From a virus (lineage: Duplodnaviria; Heunggongvirae; Uroviricota; Caudoviricetes), in the IMG/VR virus record IMGVR_UViG_3300031555_007715: a stretch of DNA of 64,000 bases; one strand, given 5' to 3'. A model generated the notes under the pieces. That model saw only the letters and a program-made list of their open reading frames with translations, made no database searches and was not told the origin of the DNA. This document shows positions 16,962-25,939 of this stretch, in pieces. The position numbers were made by a program, and so were the translations under genes. Every line of letters begins with the position of its first letter. Within the stretch, counting starts at the first letter, position 1.

Positions 16962-18299
16962 TTACAGTTTGTAGTTTTTAAAATCGTCATATACTATAGT
17001 CATTAAATCATCATCTGATAAATCTTTTTCATTAACAATTCTAGTTGCTTGTTGCATTACCGCAAATTCCAGAAGATTTCTCATTGTTCTTGCATTTGCA
17101 AAACTAGAAGATTTCATGTTTATTATTTCTTCAATTTTTGTTTTTAATTTTTCCTCTGTTTCTTCGCTTATTTTATAATCCTGATTTTTTGACATATTAT
17201 TGAATATAGTAATAAGTTCATCAATATCATAATCGTGAAACTCAATATATTTATTAAATCTTGACTTCAAACCAGGATTAGAAGACAAAAAACCTTCCAT
17301 AAGTTCAGGATATCCCGCAACAATAACTACCAAATCATCTCTATTATCTTCCATGGCTTTTAATAAGGTATCAATAGCTTCTTGACCGAAATCTCCCTCT
17401 CCTTTGTTTTCGGACAGGGTATATGCCTCATCAATAAATAAAATTCCACCAATAGCATCATTTATAACCTTTTCTGTCTTTATTGCAGTCTGCCCAACAT
17501 ATCCAGCAACAAGACCCGCACGGTCTATTTCAATAAGTTGTCCTTTAGATAAAACGCCTAACTTATAGTATATGTTAGACAATAATCTTGCAACGGTTGT
17601 TTTTCCTGTGCCAGGATTGCCCGTAAATACCATGTGCTTAGATATTGATGCTTCTTTTAGACCACGTTCTTTCCTTTTTTGAGATATTTTAACCAAATTA
17701 ATTAAACCATTTATCTCATCTTTTACTGTTTGTAAGCCAGTAAGTTGATTTAATTCTTCAATTAACTCTTCAAGAGTTCTTTCATCAGGCTTTTTTACAT
17801 CAGCTTCGCTTTTTACTGATTCATTTAATTTATATGATTCTATTTTTGCGAGGTATGATATAATTTTTGATTCAATATTATCTTTTTGTTTATTGTTTGA
17901 AAGTTCTTTTAATTCATTTCCAAGAACCTCAAAAAATGACGATAATTCTTTTGTTTTTTGTCCTTTCCATTTAAAATCAGATTCTTTAAAACAGTTATCC
18001 GCCGTAATAAACAACGATATAATTTTAGATTCTGATTCAAGAACAGCGCTGTCGGACATTTTAAAGTCTATACTATTTTTTTGTATAGACGTACTAAATA
18101 ACTTATTAATAAACGACAATTGCTTATCATTTATAGGTTGGCATAAGTAGAATGAGTACATACACGCCTCTATAATCAATTCTCTATCTAAATTTTCTTC
18201 TCCAGTTTTATTTTCTATAAATTTACAAATTTCTAAACAAGTTAAAAATTTTTCGTCGATTAATTTCATACAAACCTCCTTATCTGAAAAATTATTCAA
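16962..18299 (-). CDS. SpoVK/CbbX-like AAA+ ATPase
   Basis: GNPGTGKTTVAR, LVAGYVGQTA, LFIDEAY, NPGLKSRF. Confidence 0.9.
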   Translation of the reverse strand: MNNFSDKEVCMKLIDEKFLTCLEICKFIENKTGEENLDRELIIEACMYSFYLCQPINDKQLSFINKLFSTSIQKNSIDFKMSDSAVLESESKIISLFITADNCFKESDFKWKGQKTKELSSFFEVLGNELKELSNNKQKDNIESKIISYLAKIESYKLNESVKSEADVKKPDERTLEELIEELNQLTGLQTVKDEINGLINLVKISQKRKERGLKEASISKHMVFTGNPGTGKTTVARLLSNIYYKLGVLSKGQLIEIDRAGLVAGYVGQTAIKTEKVINDAIGGILFIDEAYTLSENKGEGDFGQEAIDTLLKAMEDNRDDLVVIVAGYPELMEGFLSSNPGLKSRFNKYIEFHDYDIDELITIFNNMSKNQDYKISEETEEKLKTKIEEIINMKSSSFANARTMRNLLEFAVMQQATRIVNEKDLSDDDLMTIVYDDFKNYKL

Positions 18300-18421
18300 T
18301 TTAATTATATCACAAATTGTGTTTTTTTACAATAGCAAATTTAAAAAAAAATGCTAATGACAGAATTAATGCTTTGTGTTATAATATATATAGTATATCG
18401 GATACGAAAGGGGAAGATGTG

Positions 18422-19183
18422 ATGCATAATGTGTATAATAAATCTAATAGTTTTTATTTGACTGATTTAGATACAAATAAAACTTATTTTATTGGAGATA
18501 AAAATGATTTAATAAAATTTCTGGCACATACGCACAGATATGATAATGAAGAAAAAAGATACATTTTTTCATTTTTTGATAACTTAAACTTTGGCAATGA
18601 TTATTCTTATATATACAGTGAAATTCCATCATCAGAAGATGGTGTTATTTATAAAGAAACTAAAAAATATCCGAAAAAATTTATGTTCGTGGATGGATAT
18701 CATAGAATTATTGATGTTCGTACTTTATATGATGATATTATTAATTATCTTGAAAATGGTTCTTATATATTTTCCTATCAATATGCTAATCCTTATTGGG
18801 TTGGCTATATTGATTCTGAAAATTTAAAGAAAATTAATAAAAGAAAAAGAAAACAACACAGAAAGCTACATAAAACATATTCATTTAAGGGAACAGTGCC
18901 TCGCACAAAACAAGCAAGAACTATTGATGATATGTTTAAAAATGATGAAGAGTATAAAGATTATCATTTTAAAGCAATTGAAGATAAAATTGATAAATAT
19001 CCTGTGTGGTGGGATGATACATATAGAGTTGTTCAAGGAAATTGGAAAAAACAACATAAAGTAAGACATCAATACGAAATACATTCAAGAAAACAAGATA
19101 ATTGGAGATATTATAGTGAAGAAGATTATACTATTGATGAAATTGACGAAATAATGTTTAATGAATTTCATCGTCATAAGTAG
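18422..19183 (+). CDS. Hypothetical protein
   Basis: ORF 18317-19183; likely start 18422. Confidence 0.65.
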   Translation: MHNVYNKSNSFYLTDLDTNKTYFIGDKNDLIKFLAHTHRYDNEEKRYIFSFFDNLNFGNDYSYIYSEIPSSEDGVIYKETKKYPKKFMFVDGYHRIIDVRTLYDDIINYLENGSYIFSYQYANPYWVGYIDSENLKKINKRKRKQHRKLHKTYSFKGTVPRTKQARTIDDMFKNDEEYKDYHFKAIEDKIDKYPVWWDDTYRVVQGNWKKQHKVRHQYEIHSRKQDNWRYYSEEDYTIDEIDEIMFNEFHRHK

Positions 19184-19238
19184 TAAATAATATATTCTTA
19201 TAAAAAGAGAGACCGTCCATACTGGGCGGTCTCGTTTA

Positions 19239-21335
19239 TTATTTGATTCTTTTTGTGATTTTTCTGAGAGCTAAAATTTCATTTTTTTCAACAGCGGAGA
19301 GTATCTTTCTCGCTATGAATTGACAATATTTATACTCATCAGATGATTGTGGCACGGGTCTATTGTTTGAAAACATAACCTGATTAAGCATTTTATTGTT
19401 TATTTCTGCTGTAATATATGACTCATTTGGAGAATCAATATTTCTAACAAAGAACACAATGCAATCTCCTTTTGATACTCTGGAATAATATCCAGCAACA
19501 CAGTTGTGTTGGTTCTGTCCTTCTTGAGTAAAGTCTTGTTGTGTTTTAGGGAAAATATATGTATACTTTTCCATAGCCTTTTTAGGCAAGTCTACTGATT
19601 CTGACGAAAATACCTTTTTTAAATAATTGTCGCAATCAATAGCAATCTTTTCAACAACTTCACTTTTGATTTTAGCTATTTTTTCAGACCTGATTTTAGC
19701 TATTTGGTCATGAATTTGTATCAAATTTTCAGGATACGGTTCAAGTTGAAAGTCAAGTTCTTCTGCAAACAACAGAGTATCTTTTAATAAACCAAAATAC
19801 TCTTTAAACCGTTTGTTGTGAAAAATCGCGCCCGCATCATTGATGTATTGATTGAAAATGTATCTTATTGTTTTGTTTAATGTATACTCTGGGTATTTTA
19901 TAATTTCTTGAATACCAAGGGAATACCAATCAACACATACTCCATAATAGTCTGTTTTTTCAGACAAAGATGCATTTATTAGGGTTTTTTCAATAGAGTC
20001 ATTGAACTCATCGAAGTGTTCCTTGCTTAATGGTTTTAGCTCATAGATATCACGCCAAAACAGGTATTCTTGAAGACCAGCATTTTTGCTTTTAAGATAG
20101 TCTCCAATAAAAGACGGGAAACGAAGTGCCATAGTTCCTTTTGTCGTATCATTATTGATTAGCTGTTGAAGATTATCGACATTTTCAATGATTGTTTCTT
20201 TTCTTCCACTGTTTCTCAACTTATTAAATACATCTTCAATGAGGCTACAATGTCCCATTTTTACTAAAAGTTCAATCACAGGGTATTCGTAAATCAAAGA
20301 AAAATATAACAACAGAATAGCCGTTACATTCATGGAAGATTTCATTTCTCGAATCAATCTTTTAAGACCGCTTCTCTCAAAGAAAACATTGTTTTTAACA
20401 AAAAAGTCATAGACATTTTTCGCATTATTAAAAACATACCTATCATGAGGATAAGATATATTCTTAGAATTAATGTTGAACATTTCGAACGGAGAAACGG
20501 ACTTATTGCTTTTCTTTAGATACTTGATGCAAGAAACTGGCTTTCCTATTTCATATATTCCGCTAAACAACTGTTTTATGGTAATTTTGCTACAATCCTT
20601 TTCATGTTCCATATCAATGCTTAACTTATGAAACGATATAGACATGTCTGTTGCTTCAACAAAGAAAACAGTGCCGCCAGAATAAAACTCGTTTGTTGGC
20701 ATATAGTAGCTTCCACTAAAAAGATGCATTAATTCTGGTGCAAAATGTTTGTTAAGCCAATCGTAATAATCGTTTGTTGCATATACGTATATTCCTTTCT
20801 CTCTTCTGTCATAAGAGAAATTGTTCGAGTCATTGATACTAATTGCGCCATGCGAGTCTAATGAAGTGTTAACATCAATTGAGGTAATTTTTTCAAAATT
20901 CATGTCGTCTATTAAGTCAATAATATGACTATTAGGCAAATCGGTCTTATTGTCTATTTTAAAACTTATATCTGCACATTCATACGGCTTAAATAAAACG
21001 ATATTGTTTTCTAAGGCGTATGTTTCCATTTCCTCACTTGTGTTGCACTTAAATAATTCAACAAGGCTTGAATTTTTAACACGATGGCTTACACGTATTT
21101 CTTCAACAAGTGTAGCATGTTTGTTGTTGTGATATGCCAATGTAAAATCGACATTTTTAATACCCGCTATTCTGTATAAATCATTTGACTTTAAAAAGTA
21201 ATACACAGTGGTTTGAGATTCATCATCCCTACCATTTGTGTCAATTATTACGATTATGTCGTCCATACAGGCGGGAAGGTTGAAATAAGATTCTATAGAT
21301 TTCACATTTGTATTTAACCTATAAACTGTATACAT
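19239..21335 (-). CDS. PcfJ-domain protein (698 aa)
   Basis: C-terminal EGQNQHNCVAGY..IVFFVR..P..SYITAE motif typical of PcfJ-like domains. Confidence 0.75.
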   Translation of the reverse strand: MYTVYRLNTNVKSIESYFNLPACMDDIIVIIDTNGRDDESQTTVYYFLKSNDLYRIAGIKNVDFTLAYHNNKHATLVEEIRVSHRVKNSSLVELFKCNTSEEMETYALENNIVLFKPYECADISFKIDNKTDLPNSHIIDLIDDMNFEKITSIDVNTSLDSHGAISINDSNNFSYDRREKGIYVYATNDYYDWLNKHFAPELMHLFSGSYYMPTNEFYSGGTVFFVEATDMSISFHKLSIDMEHEKDCSKITIKQLFSGIYEIGKPVSCIKYLKKSNKSVSPFEMFNINSKNISYPHDRYVFNNAKNVYDFFVKNNVFFERSGLKRLIREMKSSMNVTAILLLYFSLIYEYPVIELLVKMGHCSLIEDVFNKLRNSGRKETIIENVDNLQQLINNDTTKGTMALRFPSFIGDYLKSKNAGLQEYLFWRDIYELKPLSKEHFDEFNDSIEKTLINASLSEKTDYYGVCVDWYSLGIQEIIKYPEYTLNKTIRYIFNQYINDAGAIFHNKRFKEYFGLLKDTLLFAEELDFQLEPYPENLIQIHDQIAKIRSEKIAKIKSEVVEKIAIDCDNYLKKVFSSESVDLPKKAMEKYTYIFPKTQQDFTQEGQNQHNCVAGYYSRVSKGDCIVFFVRNIDSPNESYITAEINNKMLNQVMFSNNRPVPQSSDEYKYCQFIARKILSAVEKNEILALRKITKRIK

Positions 21336-21424
21336 TTTTATCCTCCTTCGTTAAGTAAAAAAGGCACAAAACTACAAATATGAGGTTTTGTGCCTAGTCT
21401 AATATTATGATGAACTAAGTGGCA

Positions 21425-22150
21425 TCAACCACCAAGTCCAAACGGGTCATTTACCGAAACAGGAGCAAATCCCTCAGGCGGGTTCATTCCGTCAAAGCCA
21501 TTCTGAGGCGGTGCCTGCTGATAGCCCTGATTCTGCTGAGGCTGCTGGTAATTCGGCGGTGCCTGCTGATAACCCTGATTCTGCTGAGGTTGCTGATAAT
21601 TCGGCGGTGCCTGCTGATAACCCTGATTCTGCTGAGGCTGCTGATAATTCGGCGGTACCTGCTGATAACCCTGATTCTGCTGAGGCTGCTGATAATTCGG
21701 GCGAGGCTGGTTCTGATAACCCTGGCCGTTCTGCTGATAGCCCTGATTCTGATAGCCACCATTTGCGTCACCCGCATTGTTATTATTCTGATTCGGAATC
21801 GGCTTACCGAAGATAAAAATTTCCTCTCCCTTATAAACCGTGTCCTGATGTGTTACGTTGTTCTTATCTGTGTACGGCTTTCCTGTGTACGGTAAAGCGA
21901 TAACGGTAACAACATCACCCTTCTTTACATACTGCGAATACGTCGCCTGCGGACCTGTTAACTCAATTCTGTAAAAATCCGTGGCATTTTCGCCATTCTC
22001 TGCCTTGGGTAGATTCCAAGCTCTGTCAACGGCAAGATTAAGTGTGGAAGCTAAAAAGTCCCCATTCTTGCCTGTAACAGTTCTTGTCTCTACATCCTTT
22101 GTTGCACGGCCGCAGATTACCGCTCTTGCAAACGTCATTGCCATTTGCAT
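21425..22150 (-). CDS. ssb: Single-stranded DNA-binding protein with Q/N/Y/P-rich repeat tail
   Basis: OB-fold motifs (GRATKD.E, LAVDR, TDFY, KGD.V.V); acidic C-terminal tip (DPFGLGG). Confidence 0.8.
   Translation of the reverse strand: MQMAMTFARAVICGRATKDVETRTVTGKNGDFLASTLNLAVDRAWNLPKAENGENATDFYRIELTGPQATYSQYVKKGDVVTVIALPYTGKPYTDKNNVTHQDTVYKGEEIFIFGKPIPNQNNNNAGDANGGYQNQGYQQNGQGYQNQPRPNYQQPQQNQGYQQVPPNYQQPQQNQGYQQAPPNYQQPQQNQGYQQAPPNYQQPQQNQGYQQAPPQNGFDGMNPPEGFAPVSVNDPFGLGG
21507..21698. repeat. 4 x 48-bp tandem repeat encoding NYQQPQQNQGYQQ(A/V)PP
   Basis: Units start at 21507, 21555, 21603 and 21651. Confidence 0.95.
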
Positions 22151-22314
22151 CACTCTCCTTTTCTGTTTTGTAGTTTCATTGTGTCACATCCTTCGTAAGA
22201 TTTTTTATGAAGTAAAAACTTACAACATTATTATATCATTACGAAGGAAAAAAAAGAAATTTAGCTTAAACGCTATGATATTATTATAACACATAATATG
22301 TTATATTGCAATAG

Positions 22315-23484
22315 CTAACTATAATAATCATAAGTATTTTGCAATATTTTTTCATTTACAATATTATTTTTATCTTTGTTTATATCTTTTTTTGACAAAA
22401 TAAAATAATCAAATAAAATAAGCAAAAATCCCGCTATAATACTGAAAATTGAAAATACGTTAAAAATTACTAAAAGTGTTGTAAAAATGATACATTTTAT
22501 TACACCATAACTAGCGAAAGTAATTATTTCAAATATAAGTCCAATAAGGACAAATACTATTAAACAAAAATAAACAGTATCCCAATTAAAAGCAGACGGT
22601 ATTTTAAAGATATAATCCAATGGTGTGATATCTTTAATTTTAAATATCATCATTAAAATAATGATTGCATTACTTAAGTGAAAAGATTTTAATATGCTTT
22701 TATCTTTTGTTATTTTGAACATTAAAAATGCGCCAAATATAACAATTAGAGTATTAATAATAATCATGCTTATAATTGATTTTATATCGGAAAAATCAAG
22801 TGAAACTATTGTGTTAATTGTTTCTTTATAATTAGATACAAAATATTTTTCAAAAACATGTCTTTTTACTGTATATGTTTCTGTTTTATTTTCTAGTGTC
22901 ACATAATTATTGTCATAGTTTTTTATATTGTATTTTTCAAAAGATTTAATCAGTTCCTTGCCATCAGATAACGGAATAATTGTAAAATATTCTTTTGATT
23001 CGTCCAGTAAATTAAGATTTAAAATAGCACTTCCAATACCCGCTGTAATCGTATTTAATTCGGGGCTTTTTACCCTAATTGTATTATTGTATGATATGAG
23101 ATTTAATCCACATTTTTCTTCTAATGTTTCGTCCCATGTTATTTTTACTTTAATTTTATCACCATCTTTTACAGGAGATTCATCATAATTAATTTGTATG
23201 GAATTTATTAATGAAGAATAATCTGATACAAACATTGTTGATAATAATGACAATATGTTTTCTGATGAAGAGAGTTTTTCTTTCTTTTCATTTGTCATTC
23301 CGCCCAAATCTTCTGCAAACTCAATGTAATTTAACGAAATATTAGGTTTATATCCTTCATCACATTTTGAATAATACACAACTAAGTAATCATTTAAATT
23401 TATTGTATTTTTGCATACCAAAGTTGTAATTATGACAATGAAAATGGTAATAATTAATGTAATTTGATATCTATATTTTCTCAT
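22315..23484 (-). CDS. Polytopic membrane protein
   Basis: N-terminal TM/signal segment, soluble domain, about 5 C-terminal TM helices. Confidence 0.7.
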   Translation of the reverse strand: MRKYRYQITLIITIFIVIITTLVCKNTINLNDYLVVYYSKCDEGYKPNISLNYIEFAEDLGGMTNEKKEKLSSSENILSLLSTMFVSDYSSLINSIQINYDESPVKDGDKIKVKITWDETLEEKCGLNLISYNNTIRVKSPELNTITAGIGSAILNLNLLDESKEYFTIIPLSDGKELIKSFEKYNIKNYDNNYVTLENKTETYTVKRHVFEKYFVSNYKETINTIVSLDFSDIKSIISMIIINTLIVIFGAFLMFKITKDKSILKSFHLSNAIIILMMIFKIKDITPLDYIFKIPSAFNWDTVYFCLIVFVLIGLIFEIITFASYGVIKCIIFTTLLVIFNVFSIFSIIAGFLLILFDYFILSKKDINKDKNNIVNEKILQNTYDYYS

Positions 23485-23598
23485 AGTACACCTCCTTTTT
23501 TTATTATTATACCACATATTATGATATTGCACAATATATTTTTATGGACAATTTTAATATTTTGTGTTATATTTATTATATGTAAAAGGAGGAGATAT

Positions 23599-24015
23599 AT
23601 GAATATTGATTTAAAAAACAAATTAGAAGAAATACATAGTATTATTGATGATTTTTCTCCGTTTTTATATACACATGGTTACTGTTATATATATGCAAAA
23701 GTTATATCATCTATTATTCCAAATTCAAGGATATTACTTAGTAAACAATTTGAACATTGCATTATTGAAAAAGATGGATATTATTTTGATGCATATGGTA
23801 AAGTAAAAAATAAAGAAGAATATAAATTTTTTAAAAATGATTTTTCTGATGATTTATATTGTTTAAAATTATATGGATTTAGAAAAGGCATTGTAAAAAA
23901 TCTAGAAAAAGTTATTTCTATTTTAGAGAGTTATGTAAATACATATGGTTATGATAATTTCATTGAAAAAAATATATTTGAACTTAAAGAGAAAAAGAAG
24001 AGGCTGTTAAATTAA
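23599..24015 (+). CDS. Hypothetical protein
   Basis: AAGGAGG RBS before ATG 23599; HGYCY..A motif. Confidence 0.65.
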   Translation: MNIDLKNKLEEIHSIIDDFSPFLYTHGYCYIYAKVISSIIPNSRILLSKQFEHCIIEKDGYYFDAYGKVKNKEEYKFFKNDFSDDLYCLKLYGFRKGIVKNLEKVISILESYVNTYGYDNFIEKNIFELKEKKKRLLN

Positions 24016-24036
24016 CAGCCTCTTTATTATATTCAA

Positions 24037-24573
24037 TTACTCAGTTTCAATAAGTCCATACCCGCCGTCGTTTCTAGTGTATATCATACAATGGGTATTT
24101 GTTAATTTGTTTAAGAAGATATATGATTCATGACCGAGTTCTTCCATTTTGTTAATTGCTTCTTCTGGTGTAACAGGTTCTAATTTAACTGTTTTTACCT
24201 TTGTTATGATTTCTTGGTTCATAAATTCTTTTTCTTCAACCTCAAAATCATATTCCATTGCATTAAGAACTTTTGCTTGGTCTTTTTGTTTTTTAACTTT
24301 TTTTGTATGTAATTTTTCGAATTTTTCTTTCATTCTATCAGCAACGTCACTGATTATAGTGTAGTAATCGTCACCTGTTTGTGTAATTTTTACTAATGTA
24401 TCTTCATACATAATCATTGTACATACATTTATTTCTTTTTTGACAACTTTGACAGATATCTTGATTACATCTGATTCGTTTAGAAACTTGTTTAGAACAT
24501 TCAACCTTTCTATTGTTGCCTGCTTCATTCCTTCTGTAATCTTCATGCTTTTTGAATTAATTTTAATATCCAT
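24037..24573 (-). CDS. hpf: Ribosome hibernation promoting factor (long HPF/RaiA family)
   Basis: MDIKI..K.MKITE N-terminus; C-terminal PVTPEEAI.KMEELGH..YIF...YTRNDGGYGLIE. Confidence 0.88.
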   Translation of the reverse strand: MDIKINSKSMKITEGMKQATIERLNVLNKFLNESDVIKISVKVVKKEINVCTMIMYEDTLVKITQTGDDYYTIISDVADRMKEKFEKLHTKKVKKQKDQAKVLNAMEYDFEVEEKEFMNQEIITKVKTVKLEPVTPEEAINKMEELGHESYIFLNKLTNTHCMIYTRNDGGYGLIETE

Positions 24574-24761
24574 ATAGATACCTCCATTGTTTTGTTTTTG
24601 TACTTTTATTATATCATATTTCGAAACAACAGTAAATATAATTTTAAAAAATAAATCTAAAAAATTTTTGAAAATTATATAGACAAAGCACTTAAAATGT
24701 GGTATAATATATTTATGTTCCATTGGTAACTATTATGATTTTTAAACGAAGGAGTGATATT

Positions 24762-25307
24762 ATGGTTGTAAAAAATTATGTTTGTTCTACACCTAAGAAA
24801 ATTGTTTTCGGAGACCCTATGTATTTTGAAGATTATGCAGATAATAAAGAGGAATTAAAAAGATTAACAATTGATTTAAATGTTAGTCGATTAAAAGAAG
24901 ATTTTTCATGTTTGGTCTCTATTGTAAAGAATAACTTTGATGATATTGATGGAGATTTTTATGAATTGGTAATAAGTCTTGTTTCAAATGGTCCGATGGG
25001 ATTGTATGTTAGTGGGATGAAATATACGAATCAGAAATCTGTTGATGATGCATTTGGGGTAGATACAGCTTCTTATTATTTAGCCGTTGATGACAGGGAT
25101 GATGAATTTAGTACAGGTGCTGATGGTTATTGGGCAACAAAGACAACATATACTAGTAATAAGAATAAGGATGCTATTGTTATTGCAATTTCTATGCCCG
25201 AATATTTAAGCGAAAAGGAAATTGATGATTACATTCATTATTATTTTTCGGATTTAGAAGAATGTACCATTAATCCAAAAACATATAATGTAAAAAAATT
25301 AAAATAA
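24762..25307 (+). CDS. Hypothetical protein
   Basis: ACGAAGGAG RBS before ATG 24762. Confidence 0.65.
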   Translation: MVVKNYVCSTPKKIVFGDPMYFEDYADNKEELKRLTIDLNVSRLKEDFSCLVSIVKNNFDDIDGDFYELVISLVSNGPMGLYVSGMKYTNQKSVDDAFGVDTASYYLAVDDRDDEFSTGADGYWATKTTYTSNKNKDAIVIAISMPEYLSEKEIDDYIHYYFSDLEECTINPKTYNVKKLK

Positions 25308-25356
25308 TATGAAAGGAAAGGGAACTTAGAGCAATCTAGGTTCCCAAAAAAATGTT

Positions 25357-25893
25357 ATGAAATATAATATAAATACAATAAAGAAAAAGTTTGATGATAA
25401 AGAAAAAATAAATTTTGTATTTTTTTGGAAACCAACACAAACAGATGGGGTTTTTTCACAATGGTATATGTGCGACTTCTCTGAAAATGGTGTTGTTTAT
25501 AATTGTGCGGAACAATATATGATGGCTCAAAAGGCTTTATTAATGAAGGATTATGATATTTATAAATTAATAATGAAATCTAGTAATCCGAAAGAAATGA
25601 AGAGTCTTGGAAGAAAAGTAAAAAATTTCAATGAGAAGTTATGGGATGACAATAAATATAATATTGTATTAAAAGCGAGTATATTAAAATTTGGTCAAAA
25701 TTGTTTTTTATTGAAAAGTTTGATTGATACATCTGACAAAGTATTAGTTGAAGCGTCTCCTTTTGATACAATATGGGGAATAGGGTTAGCTAAAGAAGAT
25801 AATCGTGATGTATTGAATCCTTATAACTGGTTAGGAGAAAATTTATTAGGATTTGCGTTGATGGAAGCAAGAGATATTTTATCTAAAAAATAA
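25357..25893 (+). CDS. NADAR (YbiA-like) ADP-ribosyl/N-glycosidase
   Basis: FSQWY, AEQYMMAQKA, LGRKV, LVEASPFD.IWGIG, GENLLG.ALM. Confidence 0.92.
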   Translation: MKYNINTIKKKFDDKEKINFVFFWKPTQTDGVFSQWYMCDFSENGVVYNCAEQYMMAQKALLMKDYDIYKLIMKSSNPKEMKSLGRKVKNFNEKLWDDNKYNIVLKASILKFGQNCFLLKSLIDTSDKVLVEASPFDTIWGIGLAKEDNRDVLNPYNWLGENLLGFALMEARDILSKK

Positions 25894-25939
25894 TAATATA
25901 AATAAAGCCACAAGAGGAATTCCCCTTGTGGCTTTTGAC

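Noticed and set aside
21419-21895. Several overlapping repeat-rich ORFs (21419-21895, 21484-21777, 21511-21816)
   Set aside because: Alternative-frame shadows of the 48-bp repeat in ssb; no RBS.
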